The notes beneath the pieces were generated by a model that saw only the letters and a program-made list of their open reading frames with translations, ran no database searches and was not told the DNA's origin. Below are positions 9,937 to 18,361 of a stretch of DNA of 29,969 nt, one piece after another (position 1 is the stretch's first letter; each line of letters begins with the position of its first letter). Source of the stretch: an uncultured archaeon (lineage in GTDB: Archaea > CAYQAE01). The DNA lies in contig CAYQAE010000008.1 of assembly GCA_964415445.1 (NCBI GenBank), positions 2,032 to 32,000 of the forward strand, read 5' to 3'. The translations under genes and the position numbers were made by a program.

Positions 9937-12900
9937 ATGTTAAATTCAAAAATAAAATATAAGGGATTCACTGTATTTTTATCTCTAATTTTGAGTATAT
10001 CAATATCTTCTTCTATGTTAGTATCTAATGAAGATAAAATTGATTTTGGATATATATCTCCTGGAGAAACTACATATAATTTAGAAATTTATGCAGATTC
10101 TAGATTGCCTTATTATGAACATAATCATCAATTTAATTCATCTGAAACTATTTATGAATTTGGAGATTTTAAATCAAATTATAAAACTAAAGATGGTAGT
10201 ATCTTAGAAGATAAATATAGTATTTTTTGGAATGAATTTTTCATCCAATATATGGACACCTTAGGTGCTTTTAGAATAGCTAACGATATTACTTTAGAGA
10301 ATGATATATACTATACTTTAGAAAATGAAACTAATCAAGTTAAGCTCATTGAAAATGATATAAAAATAAATTTTAGCATATCTGACTCTTTAAGTTTTTT
10401 TGATGTTACAATTGGTGGTAAAAAAAGAGGCGAATTAACTTCTATATCATATTCTGACTTACTTTCATATAATAAAGATAGCCCATATAATTTAGAAATA
10501 AAAATAGATTATACTTATAATAATGAACTTCAAAACCTACCTCTAATAATAGGGCAGATTAATTTTACAGTTTATAAAGATGAAGACAAATATGTAATTC
10601 GTATACCTTATAGAGCAAGATTAATTTCCCACTTTGAATTGATTTATGGGGAGCCAAAAAAATATGAAAATGGAAATTTTTTCTGGAGAGGTTCAAAAGG
10701 TTATTTTTGCCCAAAAACTGTCTCTGTTGAAGACGATTTACAATTCAAATTAGATTTAATAAAATCTGATTTGGATAAATCTTATGAAGAAAAAGAAATT
10801 TTAAAAGAATCAATTGACAGTGTTTATATATATTATGATTGGGATAAAGCATTAAATATTTCAGATGCACCTGTGGATACCTCAGAGGCAGAAGGAAGAT
10901 TAAATACAGATATAGTCAAATTAAAATATAGTTTCTATGGGTGGTCTATGAATTTTACTTTGGATCCAGGGGGGCCTGTAGATGACAACAGATTATATTT
11001 TGTTCCTTTAGTATTCATAAATGATCAAAGACCTTCTGATGATATTTTATATACTTTAAATAGAAGTATAAGAGTCATAAATGATTCTAAATATGTAGTA
11101 GGAAATTTAAGTATAAGCGAACCACAATATTTAGATTTTAATCCTGATAATATCGCTGATAACTTAATATTATATAATTATTCTCTCAATTTCACATGCG
11201 CTTGGGAACTTAATGCAGGAGGAACAGGCGATTGGATTAAAAAATGGGCACAAAATACAGATGATTTGTATGATGGTGGCACTACCAGAAATCCAATATT
11301 TTATGGTAATTTTTATGATGGAGTAGATGTAAATTTAGTTGAATGGAATTATAATGGAACTCATGCTGGTTTTACTTTAAATGTAAAAAATTTACATAAA
11401 GAATATGGCACAAAGAAGTTATATTTAAATATAACTTACAATAACATCTCTTCAAATCAAATAGATATCAATTTTATATCTATATACCCGGATGAAGATT
11501 CTTTTAATTTATCTAAAGATATAATAGTTTCAGATGATATATCTAGTTTAAATATTTACATAAATAATTCCACTTCATATAATTATTTGCTTGAAGAAAA
11601 TATAAATCGAATTTTTCTTAAATTATATAAAGAAGGTATTATTGATTTGAATGAAACACATTCTAATAACTTTAATATTTATAGACATGGACATGAGGTA
11701 TTATTAGATTATAATTTACATTTTTCTGGAATCTCTTCTGATGTAGTAGATCTTAGTTCAAAACAGACAAAATTAAGTTCAGATTCTTCTTTAATATTTT
11801 GGGTTAATTTAAATTTTTCAGGGGATCCAAAAGAATATATCCATGGTATTTTTTCAAATGAGAGCACAGGTAGAAATGAAAACTATATTTCTATATATAA
11901 CGCAGGAGATGGAGAACATCAAATACATTGCAAAGGTAGCGAAGGAATCTGGGTAAATTCATCAAATATTTCATTATCTTTAAATAAATGGCATCAGATA
12001 GCAATAATTTTAGATGATGATATCTTAAATTTTTATTATGATGGCCAATCGTTTGGTTCTTATTCGTTTCCCGACAAAATTGATTTAGACTATTTAGGAG
12101 TAGGTTATTTAGATTCTTATTTAAATGGATCAATAGATGAAGTTATTTTTTATGATAGGAAACTAAGTTCTGATGCCATTTGGGATTTATATTCATCGTC
12201 TGAATTTTATATTCCTAAAATTTTATTGGACAATTTTTCAGAATTTAATGGAATAGATGATCAAATAGATCTTAGTTCAGAAAATTTAGGTTTAGATAAA
12301 GATACTTCTTTGATAGTTTGGATTAGGCCAAAAAATTTAGAGGATGGAAAAAGTCAAGGTATTTTCTCAAGTAGGGGAATTGGTTCTTTGGATAATTATA
12401 TTACTTTGGCTAAAACTGATTCTGGTAAAGCTCATATTTACTATGAAGATAAAGATGGCAACGCAAGAAATTCTTCTGAATTTTCATTAAGTTTAGATAA
12501 GTGGCATCAAATAGCTATTGTAATGAATGAGGGCGGTATTCCTAATTTTTATTATGATGGTGAATTTTTGGGCAGTGATATAGCTTCAGGTAAAATTGAT
12601 CTAAATTATTTAGGATTAGGACATTATTATTTTGACAATAGAAGCCATTTTAATGGATCAATAGGTGAAGTTACTTTTTATGATAAGGCTTTAAGTTCTA
12701 ATGCTATTTTAGCTCTTAATAATTCTATTAGTTTTTCTGAATCTAAAATAGAATTATATAATTATACTGAAATATCCATTCCTACTTTAAATTATTATAA
12801 TATCCCTAAATCTGATTTTATAGACAAAGCTTCAACTGGAGAATCTTTTTCTCTATATTATGTCCCTATCTTTGAATGGAATTTATCAGATGGAAATTTA

Positions 12901-14742
12901 GTTAACCTTACAAATTATAATTATGATTCATTTTCTAAATTTTATAAAATAACCATCGTCGATGATGATTCTCAAAAACCAAATCTAGAACTCTTCTCTC
13001 CCGAGTATATTTCAAGTGAATCTGAAATATCTTCTGATCAAAGCTTAAATATTGTGGTAAATGCATCTGATGCACAATCAAACTTAGAATACGTAAATAT
13101 TACTTATCAATATTTTAATGAAACTACAAATATTACAAATTATTTTACTAAACAGATGCAAAAATCTGGAAATAGTTATAATTATACTCTCAATTTCGAT
13201 GAGGCATATGAAAATTGCTTTATACAATTTTATATTATAGCTTATAATGATGATTTAGATCATATTTATGATCAAGAATTTAATTCACTTGGCCCCTATT
13301 CATATAGGATCTTAGATGATGATAATACATCTCCAAGAGTATCAGATTTAGAAGCTAATATCTTTGGATCAGAAGTTGTAATTTCTGCAGATATTGTAGA
13401 TAGTGGTGGAATTTATAATGCAACTCTCTTTTATAGAAATTTAGAGACATCTTGGAAATTTATTGACATGTTCTATGAAAATGGTGTCTATAATGTTACT
13501 TTAGAAGGAAATAATGCAACATATGTAGAATATTATGTTGTGGCATTTGATAATGATTCAATATCTGATTCTGATAAACAGATGAGTTTAACTGAAATAT
13601 ATTCGGTATATTCAGATGATACAAAACCACCTGAGATTTTTGAGATAATCTATCCGATAGATGTTGATTATGGTGAATCTAGTGCAATATGTTCATTTGT
13701 AGATGATTATGCATCAGGTGTAAATTATGTTAATTTAGTTTGGAGTTATGCAGATGAAAATACAGAATCAGAATATTCTGAATATATAACAACACAGATG
13801 AAAAAAATTGGAGGCACTAATATGTATGTCACAAATCTAATTTCATTTTATCCATATATTAGATTTTATGTAACATCTGAGGATAATGCAGGAAATTTAA
13901 ATACATCTGATGAATATACTGCTAAATTTGTACCTAAAGCAAATCAAAATAGAGGCAATAGTTTATTTTTGGACTTCTCTTTTGATAATATGAATATATC
14001 AAACTTAACTACTGCTAAAAATTATAATCCCACACTTTTAGGCCTTGGAAATATACAAAAAGTATCTATAGGGGTATTTGGAGATGAATTTTCAACTATA
14101 ATAAATTTAGAAAAATCAGAAAATAATTTATGGAAAAATCAATGGTATACACCTTATGCTATGCCAAAAGGAGATTATAATATAACAATCTCCTACACAG
14201 ATTCTAATGGTAAATCCTATACTTTGGATGGCTCAAAAATATTTACTGTCAAAAAATCAGATGTAGATGCACAAATTCTAATTTCAATTTTTAATTTTGA
14301 AAAATTAGATGAAAACAAATACAAGATTTATATTTCTGTTAATTATTCTCAGGATATCTCTTTTGATGCAGAATATGATTTTGGGTCAGTTTATGTTAAA
14401 ATAAGAGGAATAATCTATCCTGCATTTTATAATAATACTTCTGGCAATTGGTATTGTATATATGAGACAGATGAAGAATATTTCTTAATCCGTGCTTTTG
14501 CCTATGATAGTGATGGCAGAACTGCGACAACAACTTATCTTGTGGAGGCTCCAAAATCCTTTGATTATACAAATTATATTGTTGGTGTAGTTGTAACATT
14601 TTTAGGTATCTCTGGTGGAGTAGCACTTCAGAAACGTCAAAAATCAAAGAAAAAGGAAATTTTAGAGACACTCAAGAGAGTTCAAAAAGAGCGAGATGAT
14701 GAAGAAATAACTAAAACCTTCCATGATGAATTGTTTGATTAA
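9937..14742 (+). CDS. Giant surface protein paralogue (about 1600 aa)
   Basis: 4.8 kb ORF.
- I prefer the ATG at 9937, which is preceded by a GTGAT SD-like element at 9928-9932. The ORF track starts at GTG 9928, which overlaps the upstream stop.
- Signal-like segment: FTVFLSLILSISISSS.
- Two LamG-like domains.
- Three Ig-like modules bounded by DDDSQKP / DDDNTSP / DDTKPPE.
- The C-terminal region is homologous to the upstream protein.
- TM helix YIVGVVVTFLGISGGVAL (about 14572-14631), followed by an acidic tail. Confidence 0.9.
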   Translation: MLNSKIKYKGFTVFLSLILSISISSSMLVSNEDKIDFGYISPGETTYNLEIYADSRLPYYEHNHQFNSSETIYEFGDFKSNYKTKDGSILEDKYSIFWNEFFIQYMDTLGAFRIANDITLENDIYYTLENETNQVKLIENDIKINFSISDSLSFFDVTIGGKKRGELTSISYSDLLSYNKDSPYNLEIKIDYTYNNELQNLPLIIGQINFTVYKDEDKYVIRIPYRARLISHFELIYGEPKKYENGNFFWRGSKGYFCPKTVSVEDDLQFKLDLIKSDLDKSYEEKEILKESIDSVYIYYDWDKALNISDAPVDTSEAEGRLNTDIVKLKYSFYGWSMNFTLDPGGPVDDNRLYFVPLVFINDQRPSDDILYTLNRSIRVINDSKYVVGNLSISEPQYLDFNPDNIADNLILYNYSLNFTCAWELNAGGTGDWIKKWAQNTDDLYDGGTTRNPIFYGNFYDGVDVNLVEWNYNGTHAGFTLNVKNLHKEYGTKKLYLNITYNNISSNQIDINFISIYPDEDSFNLSKDIIVSDDISSLNIYINNSTSYNYLLEENINRIFLKLYKEGIIDLNETHSNNFNIYRHGHEVLLDYNLHFSGISSDVVDLSSKQTKLSSDSSLIFWVNLNFSGDPKEYIHGIFSNESTGRNENYISIYNAGDGEHQIHCKGSEGIWVNSSNISLSLNKWHQIAIILDDDILNFYYDGQSFGSYSFPDKIDLDYLGVGYLDSYLNGSIDEVIFYDRKLSSDAIWDLYSSSEFYIPKILLDNFSEFNGIDDQIDLSSENLGLDKDTSLIVWIRPKNLEDGKSQGIFSSRGIGSLDNYITLAKTDSGKAHIYYEDKDGNARNSSEFSLSLDKWHQIAIVMNEGGIPNFYYDGEFLGSDIASGKIDLNYLGLGHYYFDNRSHFNGSIGEVTFYDKALSSNAILALNNSISFSESKIELYNYTEISIPTLNYYNIPKSDFIDKASTGESFSLYYVPIFEWNLSDGNLVNLTNYNYDSFSKFYKITIVDDDSQKPNLELFSPEYISSESEISSDQSLNIVVNASDAQSNLEYVNITYQYFNETTNITNYFTKQMQKSGNSYNYTLNFDEAYENCFIQFYIIAYNDDLDHIYDQEFNSLGPYSYRILDDDNTSPRVSDLEANIFGSEVVISADIVDSGGIYNATLFYRNLETSWKFIDMFYENGVYNVTLEGNNATYVEYYVVAFDNDSISDSDKQMSLTEIYSVYSDDTKPPEIFEIIYPIDVDYGESSAICSFVDDYASGVNYVNLVWSYADENTESEYSEYITTQMKKIGGTNMYVTNLISFYPYIRFYVTSEDNAGNLNTSDEYTAKFVPKANQNRGNSLFLDFSFDNMNISNLTTAKNYNPTLLGLGNIQKVSIGVFGDEFSTIINLEKSENNLWKNQWYTPYAMPKGDYNITISYTDSNGKSYTLDGSKIFTVKKSDVDAQILISIFNFEKLDENKYKIYISVNYSQDISFDAEYDFGSVYVKIRGIIYPAFYNNTSGNWYCIYETDEEYFLIRAFAYDSDGRTATTTYLVEAPKSFDYTNYIVGVVVTFLGISGGVALQKRQKSKKKEILETLKRVQKERDDEEITKTFHDELFD
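11719..12725 (+). repeat. Tandem pair of LamG / concanavalin-A-like lectin domains (protein-level repeat)
   Basis: Two units of about 160 aa.
- Unit 1: ...SSLIFWVNLNF...GIFSNES...SLSLNKWHQIAIILDDDILNFYYDGQSFGS...LNGSIDEVIFYDRKLSSDAIWDLY.
- Unit 2: ...TSLIVWIRPKN...GIFSSRG...SLSLDKWHQIAIVMNEGGIPNFYYDGEFLGS...FNGSIGEVTFYDKALSSNAILAL.
- Both match the Laminin_G_3 pattern (WH..A......l.lY.DG......G.iDEv.iY..aLs..ei). Confidence 0.8.
14020..14742 (+). repeat. C-terminal anchor region, paralogous copy 2 (pairs with 9198-9931)
   Basis: See copy 1. The two regions align by eye over about 240 aa, including the terminal motif D-[DE]-E-[VI]-T-x-x-[LF]-H-[ED]-x-L-F-D. Confidence 0.75.
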
Positions 14743-14817
14743 TTTTATTTCTATCTCCTAAAGTGTTAAAGATTTTCTAGATTAATGTTATTTTGAGATT
14801 TAATTTAAGTGATTTTA

Positions 14818-15003
14818 ATGGCAGAAAATCGACCAATTTGTGCTGAATGTGCAGATTACATGAAAAAATTGAAATTAAAAAAAGGAGATCACAAAGATCA
14901 CGAAGTTTATAGATGTTGCAAAACTATCTATTGTAAAACTTGCAAAAAATACTTAAAAGAAAATTGTTTTACTTATGAAGATCCTGTTTCATATCTGTTT
15001 TAG
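14818..15003 (+). CDS. Small Cys-rich zinc-ribbon protein (61 aa from the ATG; 64 aa from GTG 14809)
   Basis: MAENRPICAECADYMKK...YRCCKTIYCKTCKKYLKENC carries CxxC pairs. The ATG at 14818 follows the same GTGATTTTA context as the upstream giant gene. The stop lies 3 nt before the next CDS. Confidence 0.6.
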   Translation: MAENRPICAECADYMKKLKLKKGDHKDHEVYRCCKTIYCKTCKKYLKENCFTYEDPVSYLF

Positions 15004-15006
15004 TAG

Positions 15007-15759
15007 GTGTTAGTTTTGGAAGATGTTACTGTATTTGGTGGAAAAAAAGGAGATAAAAAATCAAATTATTCATTTGATAAAAAAATATCTACAGGCATTG
15101 AGGCATTAGATAAAAAAATTGAAAGTGGACTACCTATAGGTAGCAGAGTATTAGTCTTTGGGGATGTTGCCACGTCTAAAACTATTTTTTCTCTTAATAT
15201 GATTTTGAAAAATGTTAATTCTAAAGAAAAAGGATTATATATCACCTTAGATGAAAATATAGATGAATTCTTACAAAATGCTACTAATCTAGATTTTAAA
15301 ATACCAGATAAAACTTTGAAAGTCTATGATGAGAATTTAGGACAAGAAGATGATATTTTTGGAGAAGAAAAATCTCTCACTTTAGATAAATTAATATCAG
15401 AACTTCCTGATATAATACAAACTAATGATTTTAAACATATAGTTATCGATCCTATTACTAGTTTAGTTGAAGGATATAATAATAATTTAGATATGAAAAA
15501 TAACCTAAAACAATTATTTAAAGAGTTAATTAGACTAAACTTAAATTCAATTATTTGTATCTTGGATAGTTATTTCGATTATAAAGTTTTATCTCCACTT
15601 TTTACTTCTTCAATTGAATTGAAAAGAGATGCAAAACGTAAAAAAGTACGAAAAGAAATTTCAATCAAAAAAATTAGAGGTATGAAAGTAAAACCACAAC
15701 CATATGAATTTAGGATCGAAAAAGGAAAAATTGATCTTCTAAGCAAATATAGATCATAA
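15007..15759 (+). CDS. KaiC/RecA-superfamily protein with degenerate Walker A
   Basis: KaiC-like N-terminus TGIEALDKKIESGLPIGSRVLVFGDVATSKT. The Walker A at 15160-15183 reads GDVATSKT, so the second conserved Gly is Ser. Walker B-like HIVIDPITSL. The start may be GTG 15007 or TTG 15016. The 3' end overlaps the convergent FAU-1 gene by 6 nt. Confidence 0.8.
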   Translation: MLVLEDVTVFGGKKGDKKSNYSFDKKISTGIEALDKKIESGLPIGSRVLVFGDVATSKTIFSLNMILKNVNSKEKGLYITLDENIDEFLQNATNLDFKIPDKTLKVYDENLGQEDDIFGEEKSLTLDKLISELPDIIQTNDFKHIVIDPITSLVEGYNNNLDMKNNLKQLFKELIRLNLNSIICILDSYFDYKVLSPLFTSSIELKRDAKRKKVRKEISIKKIRGMKVKPQPYEFRIEKGKIDLLSKYRS

Positions 15760-17145
15760 TTTGGATTGTAATTTTTTTGCAATTGCCATTGATTCTTTAA
15801 ATAGTTCTTCTGTTATCATCCCTAAGTCATAAGCTCTTTTTAAGTGTTTTTCATCTCTTAATTCTGGATCTTTCTCTGGTGATTTAACTATATCTACTTC
15901 TAAATCTATATATCTTGCTCTATCTGGATAAATTTCAATTGGGGTATTTATATTTACATATTTCCCTTTTAATTTACCATCTGCACTAAAGTACTCATTT
16001 TTATAATGCCACATGCCCTCTTCTATTGTAGTGAGAGCATAATCTCCTCTCTCTTTGGGTGAATTTAGACCATCATATATACCTGGAGTTTGCATCTCTC
16101 TATAAATTACAATTTTCTCATCGTTGATTTTTTTCACTATTCCATTAAGTTTGAATTTAGATCCATTAATCTTTAGATGTTCTAAAAAAAACTTCTGTCC
16201 AACTCGTGGTCCTTTTACAATTTTTAATGATTCTTTGAATTTTTCAATTAATTTTTTTTCATCTTTAATTATATCAGTAAAAGTCTCCATTACATCTACT
16301 AAAAGTGAGATATCATCTGTGCCTGACTTATATTTATGATGGCCATCTAATGTTTTCATAATCTTTTTTCTAATTTTGTCAAATTTTTGCTTTGACCTAT
16401 GGCTGAAATCAATTTCAACATATTTTTTTCCATCTAAAAGCTTTGCAGGTGCTTTTACTTTTGAATTTTTTACTCTCCCAAATTTATCTCTTATGTTTTC
16501 AATTTCATCAATTAATTGTTCGCTGTTTAATGATATCGCTGGAGTTTTCCAGACGAATCCATTTCCAATTCCCTTCTTTTTTTTAGCTAAATTTAGAAGA
16601 TTAACTTTTTTTTCAACTTCAATTTTGTTATCAACTATAATTTTATCTTCAAAAGGAAGAACAGAAGCATATTCATCTGATACTGTATAATACATTGAAA
16701 TTAAGGGCATTTTCTTAGAAAAAGGAATATTTTTTATCTGAACTATTGCTTCATCTGCTACTTTTAGTCTCTCTTTAGTATTTGAAAAGGGCAAAAACCC
16801 TGTAAAATGACCTAAATCCATAAGTAGGGCTCTTTTGTCATAATCGATTTGCAATACTTTCCCTTTATATATCGCATTATGTTCAATATTACTCTCTCTT
16901 ACTATAATATCTTCTACATTTTCTTTTATTTTATTTAGGAATTCTCGTATAAGTTCAGGTTTTCCAGAAATTGATATTCCTCTTTTTTCATTGTCTTTAA
17001 GCTCAATTTGGTGAGCTCTAAAATCTTTTTCTAAATTTAATCTCTCTATCAAAACTGAAGATGGATCTACAATATTAAAGCCAAAATCTTGAGAAAGTTT
17101 AGTTAAGGCACTTGCAAACATTCCCCTTATTCGAATATTTTTCAT
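15754..17145 (-). CDS. fau-1: Probable ribonuclease FAU-1 (archaeal RNA-binding protein AU-1, RNase E/G-like, C-terminal DUF402)
   Basis: 463 aa. Characteristic N-terminus MKNIRIRGMFASALTKL...FNIVDPS. Length and C-terminal ...YIDLEVDIV... region are as in the FAU-1/DUF402 family. Recognised from memory. Confidence 0.8.
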   Translation of the reverse strand: MKNIRIRGMFASALTKLSQDFGFNIVDPSSVLIERLNLEKDFRAHQIELKDNEKRGISISGKPELIREFLNKIKENVEDIIVRESNIEHNAIYKGKVLQIDYDKRALLMDLGHFTGFLPFSNTKERLKVADEAIVQIKNIPFSKKMPLISMYYTVSDEYASVLPFEDKIIVDNKIEVEKKVNLLNLAKKKKGIGNGFVWKTPAISLNSEQLIDEIENIRDKFGRVKNSKVKAPAKLLDGKKYVEIDFSHRSKQKFDKIRKKIMKTLDGHHKYKSGTDDISLLVDVMETFTDIIKDEKKLIEKFKESLKIVKGPRVGQKFFLEHLKINGSKFKLNGIVKKINDEKIVIYREMQTPGIYDGLNSPKERGDYALTTIEEGMWHYKNEYFSADGKLKGKYVNINTPIEIYPDRARYIDLEVDIVKSPEKDPELRDEKHLKRAYDLGMITEELFKESMAIAKKLQSKL

Positions 17146-17267
17146 AAAATTCTCCTTATTTTAATAATTCTTATAAAAAATAGTATATAACTTTTTTAGG
17201 ATTTCTTACCAAAAATTCAATACTAATAAAGATATCGATATATTGTAAATAAAATTATAATTAGGGG

Positions 17268-18356
17268 ATGTTTTATTTGATAAAATCAGAAATTAGGGAT
17301 AAATTAAGTTCTATGGGTGAACATATCTTTGATCTAATAAATAAGGATGAAAATCCTTGGATAGATATACCTGTGCGCTCTTATTCGAATATTGAATTTG
17401 ATGAAGATACAGGGTTATTAGATTTAGGTGATAAAAAATCAAGGAGATATTTTCTAAATTTAGGTCATGCTAAAAAATTTATGCAGACTACATTAGTTGC
17501 AGCTTTTTGTAAAGAATTAATAGGAGAAGGAGTCCATGCTAATTTAAGGGAAATGTTTTATTCACTAAAGCATACCGTAGGTGGAACAAAAGAGAATACT
17601 TTTGATGAACAGAGAGAATCAGATCCAATTGTAGTAGATTTAGAAGTTGCCCTAGATATTTTGAGGGAACAGATGCATGTAAATGCAGATAGACGTGGAG
17701 TTGCAGCAGGTCGTGTTACTATCCAAGATCGAGGAGATATTATCGATTGGAGTAAATTAGGCAGTGGTGGTTGGTCAATACCTAGTAATGTTGAAGATTT
17801 AACTATAAAAGATGCAAAAGCTGATTATATTTTAGTTGTGGAGAAAAATGCTACTTTTGATAGACTTCATGAAGATAAATTTTGGGATAGACACAATTGT
17901 ATTTTAGTAGGAACCCAAGGTCAAGCAGCACGTGGTATTCGTAGATTAATTCGACGTTTACATGAACAATTTGATCTACCTGTTTATGTCTTTGCAGATT
18001 GTGATGCATATGGATTCTATATTTATTCTGTTATAAAAATAGGTTCTATGAATTTAGCCCATGTTTCCCAAAAGTTAGGAACACCTAATGCAAAATTTTT
18101 GGGATTAACCATGTCAGATATAGAGCACTATGGTTTGGATAATTATACCATCAGAGCAACAGAAAGCGATCTCAAAAGGGTGGCTGAGCTTAAAAAATAT
18201 AGTTGGTTCTCTTCAGCCAAATGGCAGAGAGAATTAAATAAAATGAAAAAAAGAAAAATTAAAGCAGAACAGGAAGCATTAGCTTCTAAAAGGTTAAAAT
18301 TTGTCTCAGAAGAATATCTACCCAAAAAAATAGCTGAAAGAGATTTTGTAGAATAA
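17268..18356 (+). CDS. top6A: DNA topoisomerase VI subunit A (Spo11 homologue)
   Basis: Catalytic-Tyr context LREMFYSLKH. Toprim region ILVVEKNATFDRL, GTQGQAARGIRRLIRRL, VYVFADCDAYGFYIYSV. 362 aa. Confidence 0.93.
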   Translation: MFYLIKSEIRDKLSSMGEHIFDLINKDENPWIDIPVRSYSNIEFDEDTGLLDLGDKKSRRYFLNLGHAKKFMQTTLVAAFCKELIGEGVHANLREMFYSLKHTVGGTKENTFDEQRESDPIVVDLEVALDILREQMHVNADRRGVAAGRVTIQDRGDIIDWSKLGSGGWSIPSNVEDLTIKDAKADYILVVEKNATFDRLHEDKFWDRHNCILVGTQGQAARGIRRLIRRLHEQFDLPVYVFADCDAYGFYIYSVIKIGSMNLAHVSQKLGTPNAKFLGLTMSDIEHYGLDNYTIRATESDLKRVAELKKYSWFSSAKWQRELNKMKKRKIKAEQEALASKRLKFVSEEYLPKKIAERDFVE

Positions 18357-18361
18357 GTTTA

